From Desulfobacterales bacterium (GTDB lineage: Bacteria > Desulfobacterota > Desulfobacteria > Desulfobacterales > UBA2174), in NCBI GenBank assembly GCA_963668645.2, contig CAXXWC010000006.1, positions 96,001-160,000 on the forward strand: a stretch of 64,000 bases of DNA. Reading direction: 5' to 3'. This document shows, one piece after another, positions 36,037 to 45,451 of this stretch. Position 1 is the first letter of the stretch; the number at the start of each line of letters is the position of its first letter. A program made the translations under genes and the position numbers. The notes beneath the pieces are model-generated. The model made no database searches. It worked only from the letters and a program-made list of their open reading frames with translations, and was not told where the DNA came from.

Positions 36037-37413
36037 ATGGCCGAAGGCGGGCTGAAACGGGTTCTGGGACTGGCCGAGACCACAGTCATCGCCGTGGGTT
36101 TCACCATCGGCGGCGGGATCTTCGTGTTTACCGGCATCGTGTACAAAATCGTCGGTCCGGCCCTGCCCTTGGCCTATGGCCTGGCTCTCCTGCCGATCCT
36201 GGCGGCGGTTCTGCCGGTGGCCATGCTGGGAGCGGCGATCCCCACCACCGGCGGCAACTACCGCTACCCCAGCCGTATGGTCTCGCCGGCCCTGGCCTTC
36301 GTGGGAATCTGGGTCTACGCTTTGGCTTGCTTTTTCGGCCAGATCCCACTTTACGCCCTGGGCTGCGCGCGCTACCTCGAGGCGTTGATACCCGGACTGG
36401 CACCGGTTCCCGCGGCCGCCGGCATCGTGACCTTCTTTTACCTGATCAATCTTTTCGGCGTGCGCTTCGCCGCCAGGGTCCAGGCGATACTGGTAGCCGT
36501 CTTGATCGCGGCCCTGCTCTACTATACGGTGGTCGGCATCTTCGTTTTTCACCCCCGCCACCTTTCAGGCTTTTTGGGCCACGGCCCCGGCCCATTGTTG
36601 CTGGGATCCGGATTGCTGACTTTCACCTACCTGGGAGCCAACGGAATCGTGGAGCTGGGCGGCGAGATCGTCGATCCGGGCCGGATCATTCCCCGGGCCA
36701 TATTCATCGCCCTGGTAGTTGTGGCCCTGCTTTATATCACCGTAGCCCTGGTCACCGTGGGCGCCCTGCCCGATGCGGAACTGGCTGCGGCCGCCGAACC
36801 GCTGGTGCGGGTGATGGAAAATACCGCCGGCCGCTGGGGTTTTGTCTTTTTCATCGGCGGCGGGGCCATCCTGGCCCTGACGACCACCCTCAACGCCCTG
36901 TTCATCATCGGCACCAAGTCGCTGCTGGTGGTGACCGGAGACCGGCTCCTACCCCCGTCCCTGGGCCGCCTTCACCCGCGATTCGGCACCCCCGTGGCGC
37001 TCTTGACTGCGATTTGGGCCTTTTCGCTGCTTGGAATCGTTTCCGGCATCTCCCTTCAGACCCTGGCGGCCTATTCTTCCCTGGGCGGGATGATCATTTT
37101 TTTGCCCATGCAGATCGCGGCCCTGCGCTTTGCCCGGTGTTTTCCGCGGCAGTATGCGGCTGCCGGGTTCCGGTTGCGGGGAATCTGGCTCTGGCTCTGC
37201 CCGCTGGCCGGCATCGGCCTGATCCTCTTTTTTGTCGTTGTGATTCTGGTCGACCTGGCCACACCGCTCAAGCTGGGTTGTTTCGGACTCTTTTTGCTGT
37301 CCGGAATCGCCTACTACACCCTGCGCCGCTGGCATCTTGAAAACCAGGGCTTTTCCCTGGCGGCCCACATCGCGCGCGATCCCGACCTCAACGAGATGAA
37401 AGCGTTGCCATGA
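36037..37413 (+). CDS. APC family amino acid permease
   Basis: LKRVLG...IGGGIF, PTTGG, about 12 TMs, HPRFGTP. Confidence 0.9.
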   Translation: MAEGGLKRVLGLAETTVIAVGFTIGGGIFVFTGIVYKIVGPALPLAYGLALLPILAAVLPVAMLGAAIPTTGGNYRYPSRMVSPALAFVGIWVYALACFFGQIPLYALGCARYLEALIPGLAPVPAAAGIVTFFYLINLFGVRFAARVQAILVAVLIAALLYYTVVGIFVFHPRHLSGFLGHGPGPLLLGSGLLTFTYLGANGIVELGGEIVDPGRIIPRAIFIALVVVALLYITVALVTVGALPDAELAAAAEPLVRVMENTAGRWGFVFFIGGGAILALTTTLNALFIIGTKSLLVVTGDRLLPPSLGRLHPRFGTPVALLTAIWAFSLLGIVSGISLQTLAAYSSLGGMIIFLPMQIAALRFARCFPRQYAAAGFRLRGIWLWLCPLAGIGLILFFVVVILVDLATPLKLGCFGLFLLSGIAYYTLRRWHLENQGFSLAAHIARDPDLNEMKALP

Positions 37414-38513
37414 GCCGACCGCTGCTCTTTCACCGCTTTCCCGCGCTAGCCGGCCGCATCCCGTGGATCGGCCTGGGCGATCTGCCCACGCCGGTGGAAG
37501 CCGTGCCCGGACCGGGACGCGGCCGCCTGTGGGTCAAGCGCGACGATCGCAGTTCGCGGCGCTACGGGGGCAACAAGGTGCGCAAGCTCGAATTCGTCCT
37601 GGCCGATGCCCGCCGCCGGGGCCAGCGCACCGTCGTCACCCTGGGTGGAACCGGCACCCACCACGGGCTGGCCACGACCATCTTCGGCGGCGCTCTCGGC
37701 ATGCAATGCCGGATTTTGACCTTCCGCCAGCCCCTGACGGTCCAGGTGCGCGACAACCTGCGCCTGCTGGCCCGCTACGGGGCCGACGTGGCCGACTGCC
37801 GAAGCATGGGCCGCGCCCTGCTCCACTATTATCTCATCGAGCGCTTGCGCCGCCCCGGGGCCTATTTTCTTTTCGCCGGCGGCTCCACCCCCCTGGGCAC
37901 CCTCGGCTTCGTGGATGCGGCCTTCGAACTCAAGGCCCAGATCGCGGCGGGCCAGGTACCGGTGCCGGCGGTGGTTTTCTGCCCGGCCGGATCCAGCGGC
38001 ACTTTGGCCGGATTGACCCTCGGCTTGCGCCTGGCAGGGATCGAATCCCGGGTGATGGGGGTGCGGGTGACCGCCTCGCGCTGCGGCCCGTTTCCGGCCT
38101 GCACCCCAGGCGCGGCCCGGCGCCTGATGATCGCCGCCTGGCGCCTGCTGCGCCGCCATTGCGCGGATATCCCGCCGGTGGATTTTGCGGCCCCCGGGAT
38201 GACCGGGGCGTATTTCGGCGCCGGGTACGGGGTGCCCACTGCGGCCGGAGGCAGGGCCGCGCAGGCAGCGGCCGCTGCCGGACTCGACCTTGAGCCGACC
38301 TACACGCAAAAGACCTTCGCCGCGGTCCTCGATTACCTGGAAAACAGCCGGCCCGGGCCGGTGCTCTACTGGCACACCTACAACGGGGTGGATCTGGCGG
38401 CCGAGGCGGCCCTGGGCGATCCGGCCCTGGGCGATCCGGCCCTGCTCCCACCGGCCCTGCGGTCCATGGCGGCGGGTTCCGGGAGAGGGGCAACGGCGTT
38501 GCACGAAAGCTGA
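37410..38513 (+). CDS. PLP-dependent D-cysteine desulfhydrase/ACC deaminase family protein
   Basis: PTPVE, WVKRDD, GGNKVRKLEF, GSSGTLAG, LEPTYT. Confidence 0.88.
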   Translation: MSRPLLFHRFPALAGRIPWIGLGDLPTPVEAVPGPGRGRLWVKRDDRSSRRYGGNKVRKLEFVLADARRRGQRTVVTLGGTGTHHGLATTIFGGALGMQCRILTFRQPLTVQVRDNLRLLARYGADVADCRSMGRALLHYYLIERLRRPGAYFLFAGGSTPLGTLGFVDAAFELKAQIAAGQVPVPAVVFCPAGSSGTLAGLTLGLRLAGIESRVMGVRVTASRCGPFPACTPGAARRLMIAAWRLLRRHCADIPPVDFAAPGMTGAYFGAGYGVPTAAGGRAAQAAAAAGLDLEPTYTQKTFAAVLDYLENSRPGPVLYWHTYNGVDLAAEAALGDPALGDPALLPPALRSMAAGSGRGATALHES

Positions 38514-38567
38514 ACCGGAAAACAATGTTTGGCGCAGCCTGCCACTGACAAGCGCAAGGGGGAAGGG

Positions 38568-39965
38568 ATGAGCATGTTCGATGCACTACCGAAATCCGCC
38601 GACGTGGTGGTGGTCGGTTCCGGCCCCGGCGGCGCCGGCGTGGCCCGGACCCTGAGCCTCGCCGGCCGGCAGGTCCTGGTTCTCGAACAGGGCCGTGAAC
38701 AGCGCGGCAAGTGGTACTACGGCACCTATCTGGGGGCTCTTTGCTATTCGGAGAAGATGGCCCTGCTGTTTACCGAAGAGGGACTCAACATCATCGCCCC
38801 GCACATGGTGGGCGGGGCCACCGGCATGTACACCGGCTCGGCGGCCATGCCGCCCGAGTGGCTGGAACGGCGCTATGGGATCGACTTGAAGGCCGATGCC
38901 GAACGCATTGCCGCTGAACTGGGAGTCGCCCCGCTGCCGGCGGATCTGGCCGGCGCCGCCTCGGGACGCATCGCGGCGGCCGGTGCGGCCCTGGGCCAGC
39001 CATGGTTTGCCCAGCCGAAGTTCATGGCCCCGGGTCGCAGCGTAGATCGCGGCACCCGTTTCGACTGCGGGGCCAACTGCATGCTCGGATGCCGCTGCGG
39101 GGCCAAGTGGCACGCGGCCGAATGGATCGACGACGCCGTCTGCCACGGAGCGCGCCTTGCGACCGGGGCCCGGGTGGCCCGGGTCCTCTTTAACGGCCGG
39201 CAGGTCGCCGGCGTGCGCGGCTGGCGAGGCGGGCTGCCCTTTACCGTCTGGGCCGATACCGTAGTGCTGGCCTCCGGGGGGCTCGGTTCGGCGCGCATCC
39301 TGCAGCACAGCGCAATGGACGCCGCCGGAGTGGGCATGGCCATGGACACCACCACCATGGTCTACGGGTTCGGTCCCCATCCGGGAAACGGCCCCGAACC
39401 GCCCATGACCTACTCCTTCGAAAATCCCCGGGACGGGTACATGCTCAGCACCCTGGCCGACCCCTGGCTCCTCTATCCGCTGGCCGCCCTGCGCGTGGGC
39501 CCGGGCCCGCTGCTCGACTGGCGCCGCTGGCACCGGGGGCTGGGGATCATGATCAAGCTCAAGGACGAGATCAGCGGCGGGATTTACCCGGACGGGCGCA
39601 TCCGAAAACCGATGACCGCCGCTGACCGCCAACGGCTCGATCTTGCGACCGGGGTTTGCCGGCGCATCCTGATCGAGGCCGGCGCCGAGGCGGCCAGCAT
39701 CTTCGTGCGCCCCCTGATCGGCACCCACCCGAGCGCCACGGTGCGCATCGGCGAAATGCTCGACAACAACCTGATGACCGAAATCGACGGGCTCTACGTC
39801 TGCGATGCCAGCGTCTTTCCCGAATCGCTGGACCGGCCCACCGTGCTCACGATCCTGGCCCTGGCCGAGCGGCTGGCGCGCCACTTGGCAGGTCAAAAAA
39901 AGCGCGCAAAGGCGAATCCACCATCAACCCGCGTTGCTGGCAGCGCCCATCGGAGGCATCCATGA
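38568..39965 (+). CDS. GMC family oxidoreductase
   Basis: VVGSGPGGA, VGG, CMLGCRCGAK, HPSATVRIG, LYVCDASVFP, PTVLTI. Confidence 0.85.
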   Translation: MSMFDALPKSADVVVVGSGPGGAGVARTLSLAGRQVLVLEQGREQRGKWYYGTYLGALCYSEKMALLFTEEGLNIIAPHMVGGATGMYTGSAAMPPEWLERRYGIDLKADAERIAAELGVAPLPADLAGAASGRIAAAGAALGQPWFAQPKFMAPGRSVDRGTRFDCGANCMLGCRCGAKWHAAEWIDDAVCHGARLATGARVARVLFNGRQVAGVRGWRGGLPFTVWADTVVLASGGLGSARILQHSAMDAAGVGMAMDTTTMVYGFGPHPGNGPEPPMTYSFENPRDGYMLSTLADPWLLYPLAALRVGPGPLLDWRRWHRGLGIMIKLKDEISGGIYPDGRIRKPMTAADRQRLDLATGVCRRILIEAGAEAASIFVRPLIGTHPSATVRIGEMLDNNLMTEIDGLYVCDASVFPESLDRPTVLTILALAERLARHLAGQKKRAKANPPSTRVAGSAHRRHP

Positions 39966-40945
39966 CGACCCTGGTAACCGGCGCTACCGGTTTTATCGGC
40001 GCAGCCCTGGTGCGCGAACTGCTGGCCCGCGGCGAGCGGGTGCGCTGTTTGTTGCGGCCTCAAAGCATCGCCGCCAACCTGCAAGGATTGGAAGTGGAGC
40101 GGGCAACCGGCGACATCGGCGATCCGGATTCGCTGTGCCGGGCCTTGAAGGGGGTCGAACGCGTCTACCACCTGGCGGCTTTCTACGCCATCTGGCGGCC
40201 CCGCGCGGCGGAATTTTACCGGATCAACGAGGAAGGAACGCGCAACGTCCTGGCCGCCTGCCGCCAGGCCGGGGTTGCGCGCATCGTCTACTGCAGCTCG
40301 GTGGCGGCCCTGGGGGCCCACGGTCCTGACCCGGCAAACGAAACGGCCCGCTTCAACCTGGCCTGGACAGGGGATCACTACTACATTTCCAAGTACCGCT
40401 CCGAGCAGGTGGCCTTGCAGTTCGCCCGCCGGGGGCTGCCGGTGGTGATCGTCAACCCCAGCGTGCCGGTGGGCCCCCGGGACCTGGCACCGACGCCCTC
40501 GGGCCGGATCATCGTGGATATCGTCCGCGGCCGGCTTCCCGCCTACCTGGACGGCGGCTTGAATCTGGTGGACGTCGGCGACTGCGCCCGGGCCATGGCG
40601 GCGGCCATGGAAAAGGGGCGCTGCGGGGAAAAGTATATCCTGGGCAACCGCAATCTGCGGCTCAAGGAATACTTCGACCTGATCGTGCGCACGGCGGGCC
40701 GCGGCAAGTCTCCGGCCCTGCGGCTGCCGCGCTGGGCCGCCGTGGTTTCGGGCTGGGGATACCAGGCCCTGGCCCGCCTGACCGGCCGCACCCCGGTCAC
40801 CACAGCAGCCTGGGCCCGCATCGGCAGCGGCTATTCCTGGTGGGACTGCACCAAGGCCCAGCGCGAACTCGGCCTGGCTCAACGGCCCATCGAGGAGAGC
40901 CTTGCCGAAGCCCTGGATTGGTTCCAGGACTGCGGGTATCTGTAA
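39962..40945 (+). CDS. NAD-dependent epimerase/dehydratase (HpnA/dihydroflavonol reductase-like SDR)
   Basis: TGATGFIG, HLAA, YYISK, VNPS..VGP.D..PTPSG. Confidence 0.9.
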   Translation: MTTLVTGATGFIGAALVRELLARGERVRCLLRPQSIAANLQGLEVERATGDIGDPDSLCRALKGVERVYHLAAFYAIWRPRAAEFYRINEEGTRNVLAACRQAGVARIVYCSSVAALGAHGPDPANETARFNLAWTGDHYYISKYRSEQVALQFARRGLPVVIVNPSVPVGPRDLAPTPSGRIIVDIVRGRLPAYLDGGLNLVDVGDCARAMAAAMEKGRCGEKYILGNRNLRLKEYFDLIVRTAGRGKSPALRLPRWAAVVSGWGYQALARLTGRTPVTTAAWARIGSGYSWWDCTKAQRELGLAQRPIEESLAEALDWFQDCGYL

Positions 40946-40981
40946 AGGGGTGTGCCCAGGTCGAGGGGTTCGGCAAGCCCC

Positions 40982-41320
40982 TCACCCCAGCTTGGCGCCG
41001 TTGCCCACCGCCTTGTCCGGCACCGCCAGCACCACCGCGCCGTCTTCCCGGTAAAATCCGCAGAGCAGAAACTCCGACATGAAAGGGCCGATCTGCTTGG
41101 GCGGAAAGTTCACCACCGCCACGATCTGGCGCCCTTGCAGATCTTCCTTCGAATAAAGATCGGTCACCTGCGCGCTGGAGCGTTTGACGCCGATCTTCTC
41201 GCCGAAATCGGCCCTGATCTTATACGCGGGCTTTCTGGCCTCGGGGAAATCCTCGACCTCGATGATGGTCCCGACCCGCAGTTCGACCTGTTCAAATTCA
41301 TCCCATGTAATCGTCTTCAT
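40982..41320 (-). CDS. csaA: tRNA-binding/export chaperone CsaA
   Basis: [31 protein letters not shown]. Confidence 0.9.
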   Translation of the reverse strand: MKTITWDEFEQVELRVGTIIEVEDFPEARKPAYKIRADFGEKIGVKRSSAQVTDLYSKEDLQGRQIVAVVNFPPKQIGPFMSEFLLCGFYREDGAVVLAVPDKAVGNGAKLG

Positions 41321-41635
41321 CGATACGCTTTCCGTCTTATCCTGGCTCGCCGAGGGATTCTGTTCCTGTATTTCGGACCAGCGGAAGGCAAGCATTCATG
41401 CCGCTTCCGGAAACTCCCGGTCAAAACAAATTACGACGCCGATTTTTACGTCTCCAATCTCGATTGTGTCAAGATAGTGCGACCTAAATTTCATGGTCGT
41501 GCGTCAAGCCATCCGCTCTGCCCTCCTTCCACCGCCACCAGCCCTATGATAGGATACGTTTTTCCGGCAACGCCGTTCCGGCGTTCGCTGTCCAGCACCC
41601 ACAACCGACCACCGATTAATTAAAAGGAGCCTGCC

Positions 41636-42955
41636 ATGCAGATCCAACTGCCCTGGGGCCGGGAAGATCTCGTGCTGGATCTTCCCGACACCTGGAAAGT
41701 TACCATCCCCGAGGCCCAGGAGGCCACCGCAGCAGGGGAGGATGAAACCGGCATCGTGGCCCGGGCCCTTGCCTCACCGGTGGAGGCGCCTCCCCTGGCC
41801 GACCATCGCCTCAGCGGCAAACGGGTGCTCATCGTCACCGACGACAACACCCGCCCCACTCCGGTGGCGCGCTTCCTTCAACAGGTACTCGACGCTCTGG
41901 AACGGGCCGGTGCCCGCATCGAAGATGTCCTGGTCATGCCGGCCTTGGGCATCCATACGGCCATGTCGGCAGAAGAGATGGCCGCCAAGATCGGCGGTGA
42001 AAATCTGGGCCGGGTCCAATGGCGCAACCACGATGCCTTTGACCCCGGCCAGATGCACGCCTTTGGCCGCACCCGGCGCGGCACGCCGGTGGTGCTCAAC
42101 CGGGCCGTGGCCGAGGCCGATCTGATCGTGCTGCTGGGCCTCGTGGAGCCCCATCTGTGGGCCGGCTTCGGCGGCGGGTTAAAGAACCTGCTGCCCGGAG
42201 TGGCTTCGGCCGAGTGCATCGGGGCCCACCACAGCATCATCGCCGAGCCGCCCTACGCCTTCAACCGCGTGGGCATGGCCCCCGAGGCCAACTCCTTCCG
42301 CATCGACCTGGAAGAGATCCGTTCCATGATCCGCGCCGATATTTTCTGTCTCAATGTGGCCATTGACGCCGGACAGCGGATCATCGGGGCCTTCGGAGGC
42401 GATCCGGTGGGCGCCCACCGGGCCGGGGTAGCCTTCAACCGGCGCATATCGGGGCGCCGCATCGAGGCGCCGGTGGACGCCGTTGTGGTCAACTCCCACC
42501 CCATGGACATCAACTTCAAACAGAGCATGAAGGGCGTGGGCAATTCGCTGCCGGCCCTCAAACCTGGAGGCGTCGTCATGGGCTTTTTGCGCGCTGAACG
42601 GGGAATCGACGACATCGTGGTGCCCGAAAAGGCCAAACCCTTGTGGCTCACCAAGACCATCCTGCGCCTCCTCGGGCCGGCCCGGGTAATGGGCTTTTTG
42701 GAAAAGATCCGCCCGGGGCTCAACGTCGAGGAAAAATTTCTCCTCTACTACTCGATGCAGCTCGTGCGGGCCTACGATCTGTTTTTCCATGTGCCGAGCC
42801 TGTCGGATGACGAGATCCGGTGCCTGGGATTCTTCAAGGCCTGCCGCCATCCCCAGCAGGTTGTCGAGGCTGCCAGGCCCCGCCTCCCGCGGCACGCCGC
42901 GGTGGCCGTCTTTGCCGAGGCCGGAGCGACCTTTCCCATCGTGGGCGATGCCTGA
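41636..42955 (+). CDS. larA: Nickel-pincer-dependent lactate racemase (LarA) superfamily protein
   Basis: DDNTRPT, LGIH, NHD, VEPHLWAGFGGGLKNLLPG, QSMK. Confidence 0.85.
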   Translation: MQIQLPWGREDLVLDLPDTWKVTIPEAQEATAAGEDETGIVARALASPVEAPPLADHRLSGKRVLIVTDDNTRPTPVARFLQQVLDALERAGARIEDVLVMPALGIHTAMSAEEMAAKIGGENLGRVQWRNHDAFDPGQMHAFGRTRRGTPVVLNRAVAEADLIVLLGLVEPHLWAGFGGGLKNLLPGVASAECIGAHHSIIAEPPYAFNRVGMAPEANSFRIDLEEIRSMIRADIFCLNVAIDAGQRIIGAFGGDPVGAHRAGVAFNRRISGRRIEAPVDAVVVNSHPMDINFKQSMKGVGNSLPALKPGGVVMGFLRAERGIDDIVVPEKAKPLWLTKTILRLLGPARVMGFLEKIRPGLNVEEKFLLYYSMQLVRAYDLFFHVPSLSDDEIRCLGFFKACRHPQQVVEAARPRLPRHAAVAVFAEAGATFPIVGDA

Positions 42956-43972
42956 TCAGTAAAGAACGGTCAGATTGATGGCCCCGTACTCGGTCGAGTC
43001 TTGCTGGCCGTCGAACTCTTTGGAACGAAAAACGTTGGAAAAGGCGATGCGCACATTGTGGTAGCGAACGACCGCGCCGACCTGCAGGTCGCCGACGCCG
43101 ATGCGCCGCTCCACGCTGTGGCTGTCTTTGAAGGTGTTGCCGTCCAGGAAGATGTTGCGGGCCATGAGCCGGCCCTCCACCCCGGCAAATAGGTACCCGC
43201 TCCAACTGGACCGGGTGCGAAAATAGGCGCTGCCCGGAAAACTCGGGCTGATGGCCGGTGGGCCGAGGTCGCTGCGCAGGTTGAAACCCATCCGCAGCAT
43301 GGCGCCGGCTCCGGCGTAGGTGTAGACGTTGCCCAGGGCCCCAACGGCGTGAGGGGCGAAAGAAAACTCCGGACCTTGGGCACCAATCCGGCCAAAATGC
43401 TCCCAGATCCGCGTGTAGGTCAATACCAGGCCAAGCTCGTCGTTGAGCTGGTGGTCCCAGCCGCGCGGGGTGCGGGTGTCGATTATCTTGTGCCAACGGC
43501 GCTGCACCTCGTCGGCCCCGCTGCTCGGGCCGACCACCCCCACCGTGATTTCCAGCACATTGCTCACCCGCCGGGCCGGATCTTCGTCAAGCACCCCCAG
43601 CAGCGAAGCGCTGGCGTAAAGCCACCCGGCATAGGGCCGATCGTCTTCGATCAGGTTCGGGTCTTCGATGTCGGCCGGGGTAAAAATGTTCTGGCCGATG
43701 GAAAACTCGACCCCTGCATCATGACCCGGCGCGAAAAAGGGTACGTAATTGCCGAGCCGGCGCAGCCACCGGGGAGGATCTCCGGCCGGGGCCACGGAAA
43801 GCTTGGTGCCGTGGGTGTAATGGCGATCCTTGCCGTCGCCCCACAGGTCGTTTTCCGCATGCACGCTCCAGTAGGCGATGCGCTCCGGTTCAGCCTCGTC
43901 TTGTGCCAGGGCCTGGCGCTGCACCGGGAAAAGCAACAGGACCAGCGCCAAAAAAATCGGCAGACGGTTCAT
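42956..43972 (-). CDS. Outer-membrane lipid A deacylase LpxR family (DUF2219)
   Basis: Signal peptide; ENDL...DRHYTHG, GQNIFTP, DRPYAGWL, GWDHQL, RNIFLDGNTF. Confidence 0.88.
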   Translation of the reverse strand: MNRLPIFLALVLLLFPVQRQALAQDEAEPERIAYWSVHAENDLWGDGKDRHYTHGTKLSVAPAGDPPRWLRRLGNYVPFFAPGHDAGVEFSIGQNIFTPADIEDPNLIEDDRPYAGWLYASASLLGVLDEDPARRVSNVLEITVGVVGPSSGADEVQRRWHKIIDTRTPRGWDHQLNDELGLVLTYTRIWEHFGRIGAQGPEFSFAPHAVGALGNVYTYAGAGAMLRMGFNLRSDLGPPAISPSFPGSAYFRTRSSWSGYLFAGVEGRLMARNIFLDGNTFKDSHSVERRIGVGDLQVGAVVRYHNVRIAFSNVFRSKEFDGQQDSTEYGAINLTVLY

Positions 43973-44242
43973 CTTCAAATCCTTGATGGGGTCAAGAGAA
44001 ACATCGAGAGGCCGTTCCAACGTCGGACCGGTGTTAAATGATGCAGTTTATCCGAGTTGCGCTCAATTGCATAGGGGCTCCCTGTGGACTCAGCTGGGAT
44101 GCCAACACCCCGCTTGCCAAGCGCGATGCTTCGGCCTAAAGTGAAAAATAATCCCTTGCCTCTTTGAAACAGACACCCGCGCCCGGCGGCCGGGACCCGG
44201 AGTAGCCAAAGACCCGCCAACCTAAGACCGAAAGGAGGCCGT

Positions 44243-44704
44243 ATGTACCGAACCATTTTGGTGCCGTTGGACGGATCCCCTCTGGCGGAAACCATCCTGC
44301 CGGAAATCGAAAAACTCTCCTCCGGCGCGGCCCGCCCGCGGATCGTCCTGGTGCGGGTGGTGCCGGCCCACCACATTCCGGGCCAGGATGCCATTGAATG
44401 GCAGGCGCGCATGATTCAACGGGCCGAGGAATACGTCGACCGCCTCAAACAGCGCCTCCTGGATCAAGGGCACCTCGTGGACCATCACGTTCCTTACGGG
44501 GAGCCGGCGAGCAAGATCCTCGAGGTCTGCGAGTTGTACAACTATGACCTGATCGCCATGTCGACCCACGGCCGCAGCGGGCTGGGACGCTGGCTGATGG
44601 GCAGCGTGGCCGACAAGGTGGTGCGCCATAGCCTCACCCCGGTGCTGCTGCGGCGAGCCCGGCCCGAAGAGGTGGTGGAGGAGGAAGAGGAAGAAGAGGC
44701 GTAA
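44243..44704 (+). CDS. Universal stress protein
   Basis: ILVPLDGS, DLIAMSTHGRSG, GSVADKVV; acidic tail. Confidence 0.92.
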   Translation: MYRTILVPLDGSPLAETILPEIEKLSSGAARPRIVLVRVVPAHHIPGQDAIEWQARMIQRAEEYVDRLKQRLLDQGHLVDHHVPYGEPASKILEVCELYNYDLIAMSTHGRSGLGRWLMGSVADKVVRHSLTPVLLRRARPEEVVEEEEEEEA

Positions 44705-44745
44705 CCGGCCGCTGTGTTCATAAAGACGGCGCCCACCGGAAGCCC

Positions 44746-45342
44746 TCACCGGCCCCAATTACGCCAGAGCTGCGCCACTTGAACGCGGGTGCCCTCCAGG
44801 TCGCCGCTGTTGTCGATGACGATGGAGGCCCGGCACCGCTTTTCCACGATGGGCATCTGGGCCTTGATCCGTGCACCGGCAGCCTCGGCCGAAAGCTCGT
44901 TGCGCCGCATCAAGCGTTCTCTTTGAGCCGCTTCAGGGGCGTAGACCAGGATCACTTCGTCCAGGCCGCGATCCATTCCGGTTTCAAAAAGTAGCGGGAT
45001 GTCGAGGATTGCCACCCCGCCGGGGTCCGTCTTTTCCAAACACGCCAGACGCCGCGCCATGGCCTCGAAGACCGCCGGATGCACGATGTTATCCAGCACC
45101 GCTTTTTGCCCCGGATCATGGAAGATGATGTCTCCGAGCCGCTGGCGGTCGATGCGGCCGTCAGCCAGAAGGATCGCGCGCCCGAAGTGCTCCACGATCG
45201 CCTCCCAGGCCGGCAGGCCCGGCTCGACGACCTCCCGGGCCAGTTGGTCGGCATCGATGATATGGGCTCCGGCCTCGGCCAGCATCCGCGAAACGGTCGA
45301 TTTGCCGGTGGCGATCCCCCCGGTAAGCCCGATTACCTTCAT
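44746..45342 (-). CDS. coaE: Dephospho-CoA kinase
   Basis: IGLTGGIATGKSTV, IDAD, VHP, DIPLLFE, IDNSG. Confidence 0.95.
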   Translation of the reverse strand: MKVIGLTGGIATGKSTVSRMLAEAGAHIIDADQLAREVVEPGLPAWEAIVEHFGRAILLADGRIDRQRLGDIIFHDPGQKAVLDNIVHPAVFEAMARRLACLEKTDPGGVAILDIPLLFETGMDRGLDEVILVYAPEAAQRERLMRRNELSAEAAGARIKAQMPIVEKRCRASIVIDNSGDLEGTRVQVAQLWRNWGR

Positions 45343-45451
45343 CCTCACAGCCTCTCGCAGCGATTAAAAAAAGGTTGATTCTTAAAAAACGGCTGCTCAA
45401 GCATCGACAGACCAATACATGTTTATCTCCCTGCTCTTGGCACCGGCCGTT

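Noticed and set aside
38409..38460. 15-bp tandem duplication (ALGDP ALGDP) near the PLP enzyme C-terminus
   Set aside because: Short in-frame slippage in a tail region; no evident significance.
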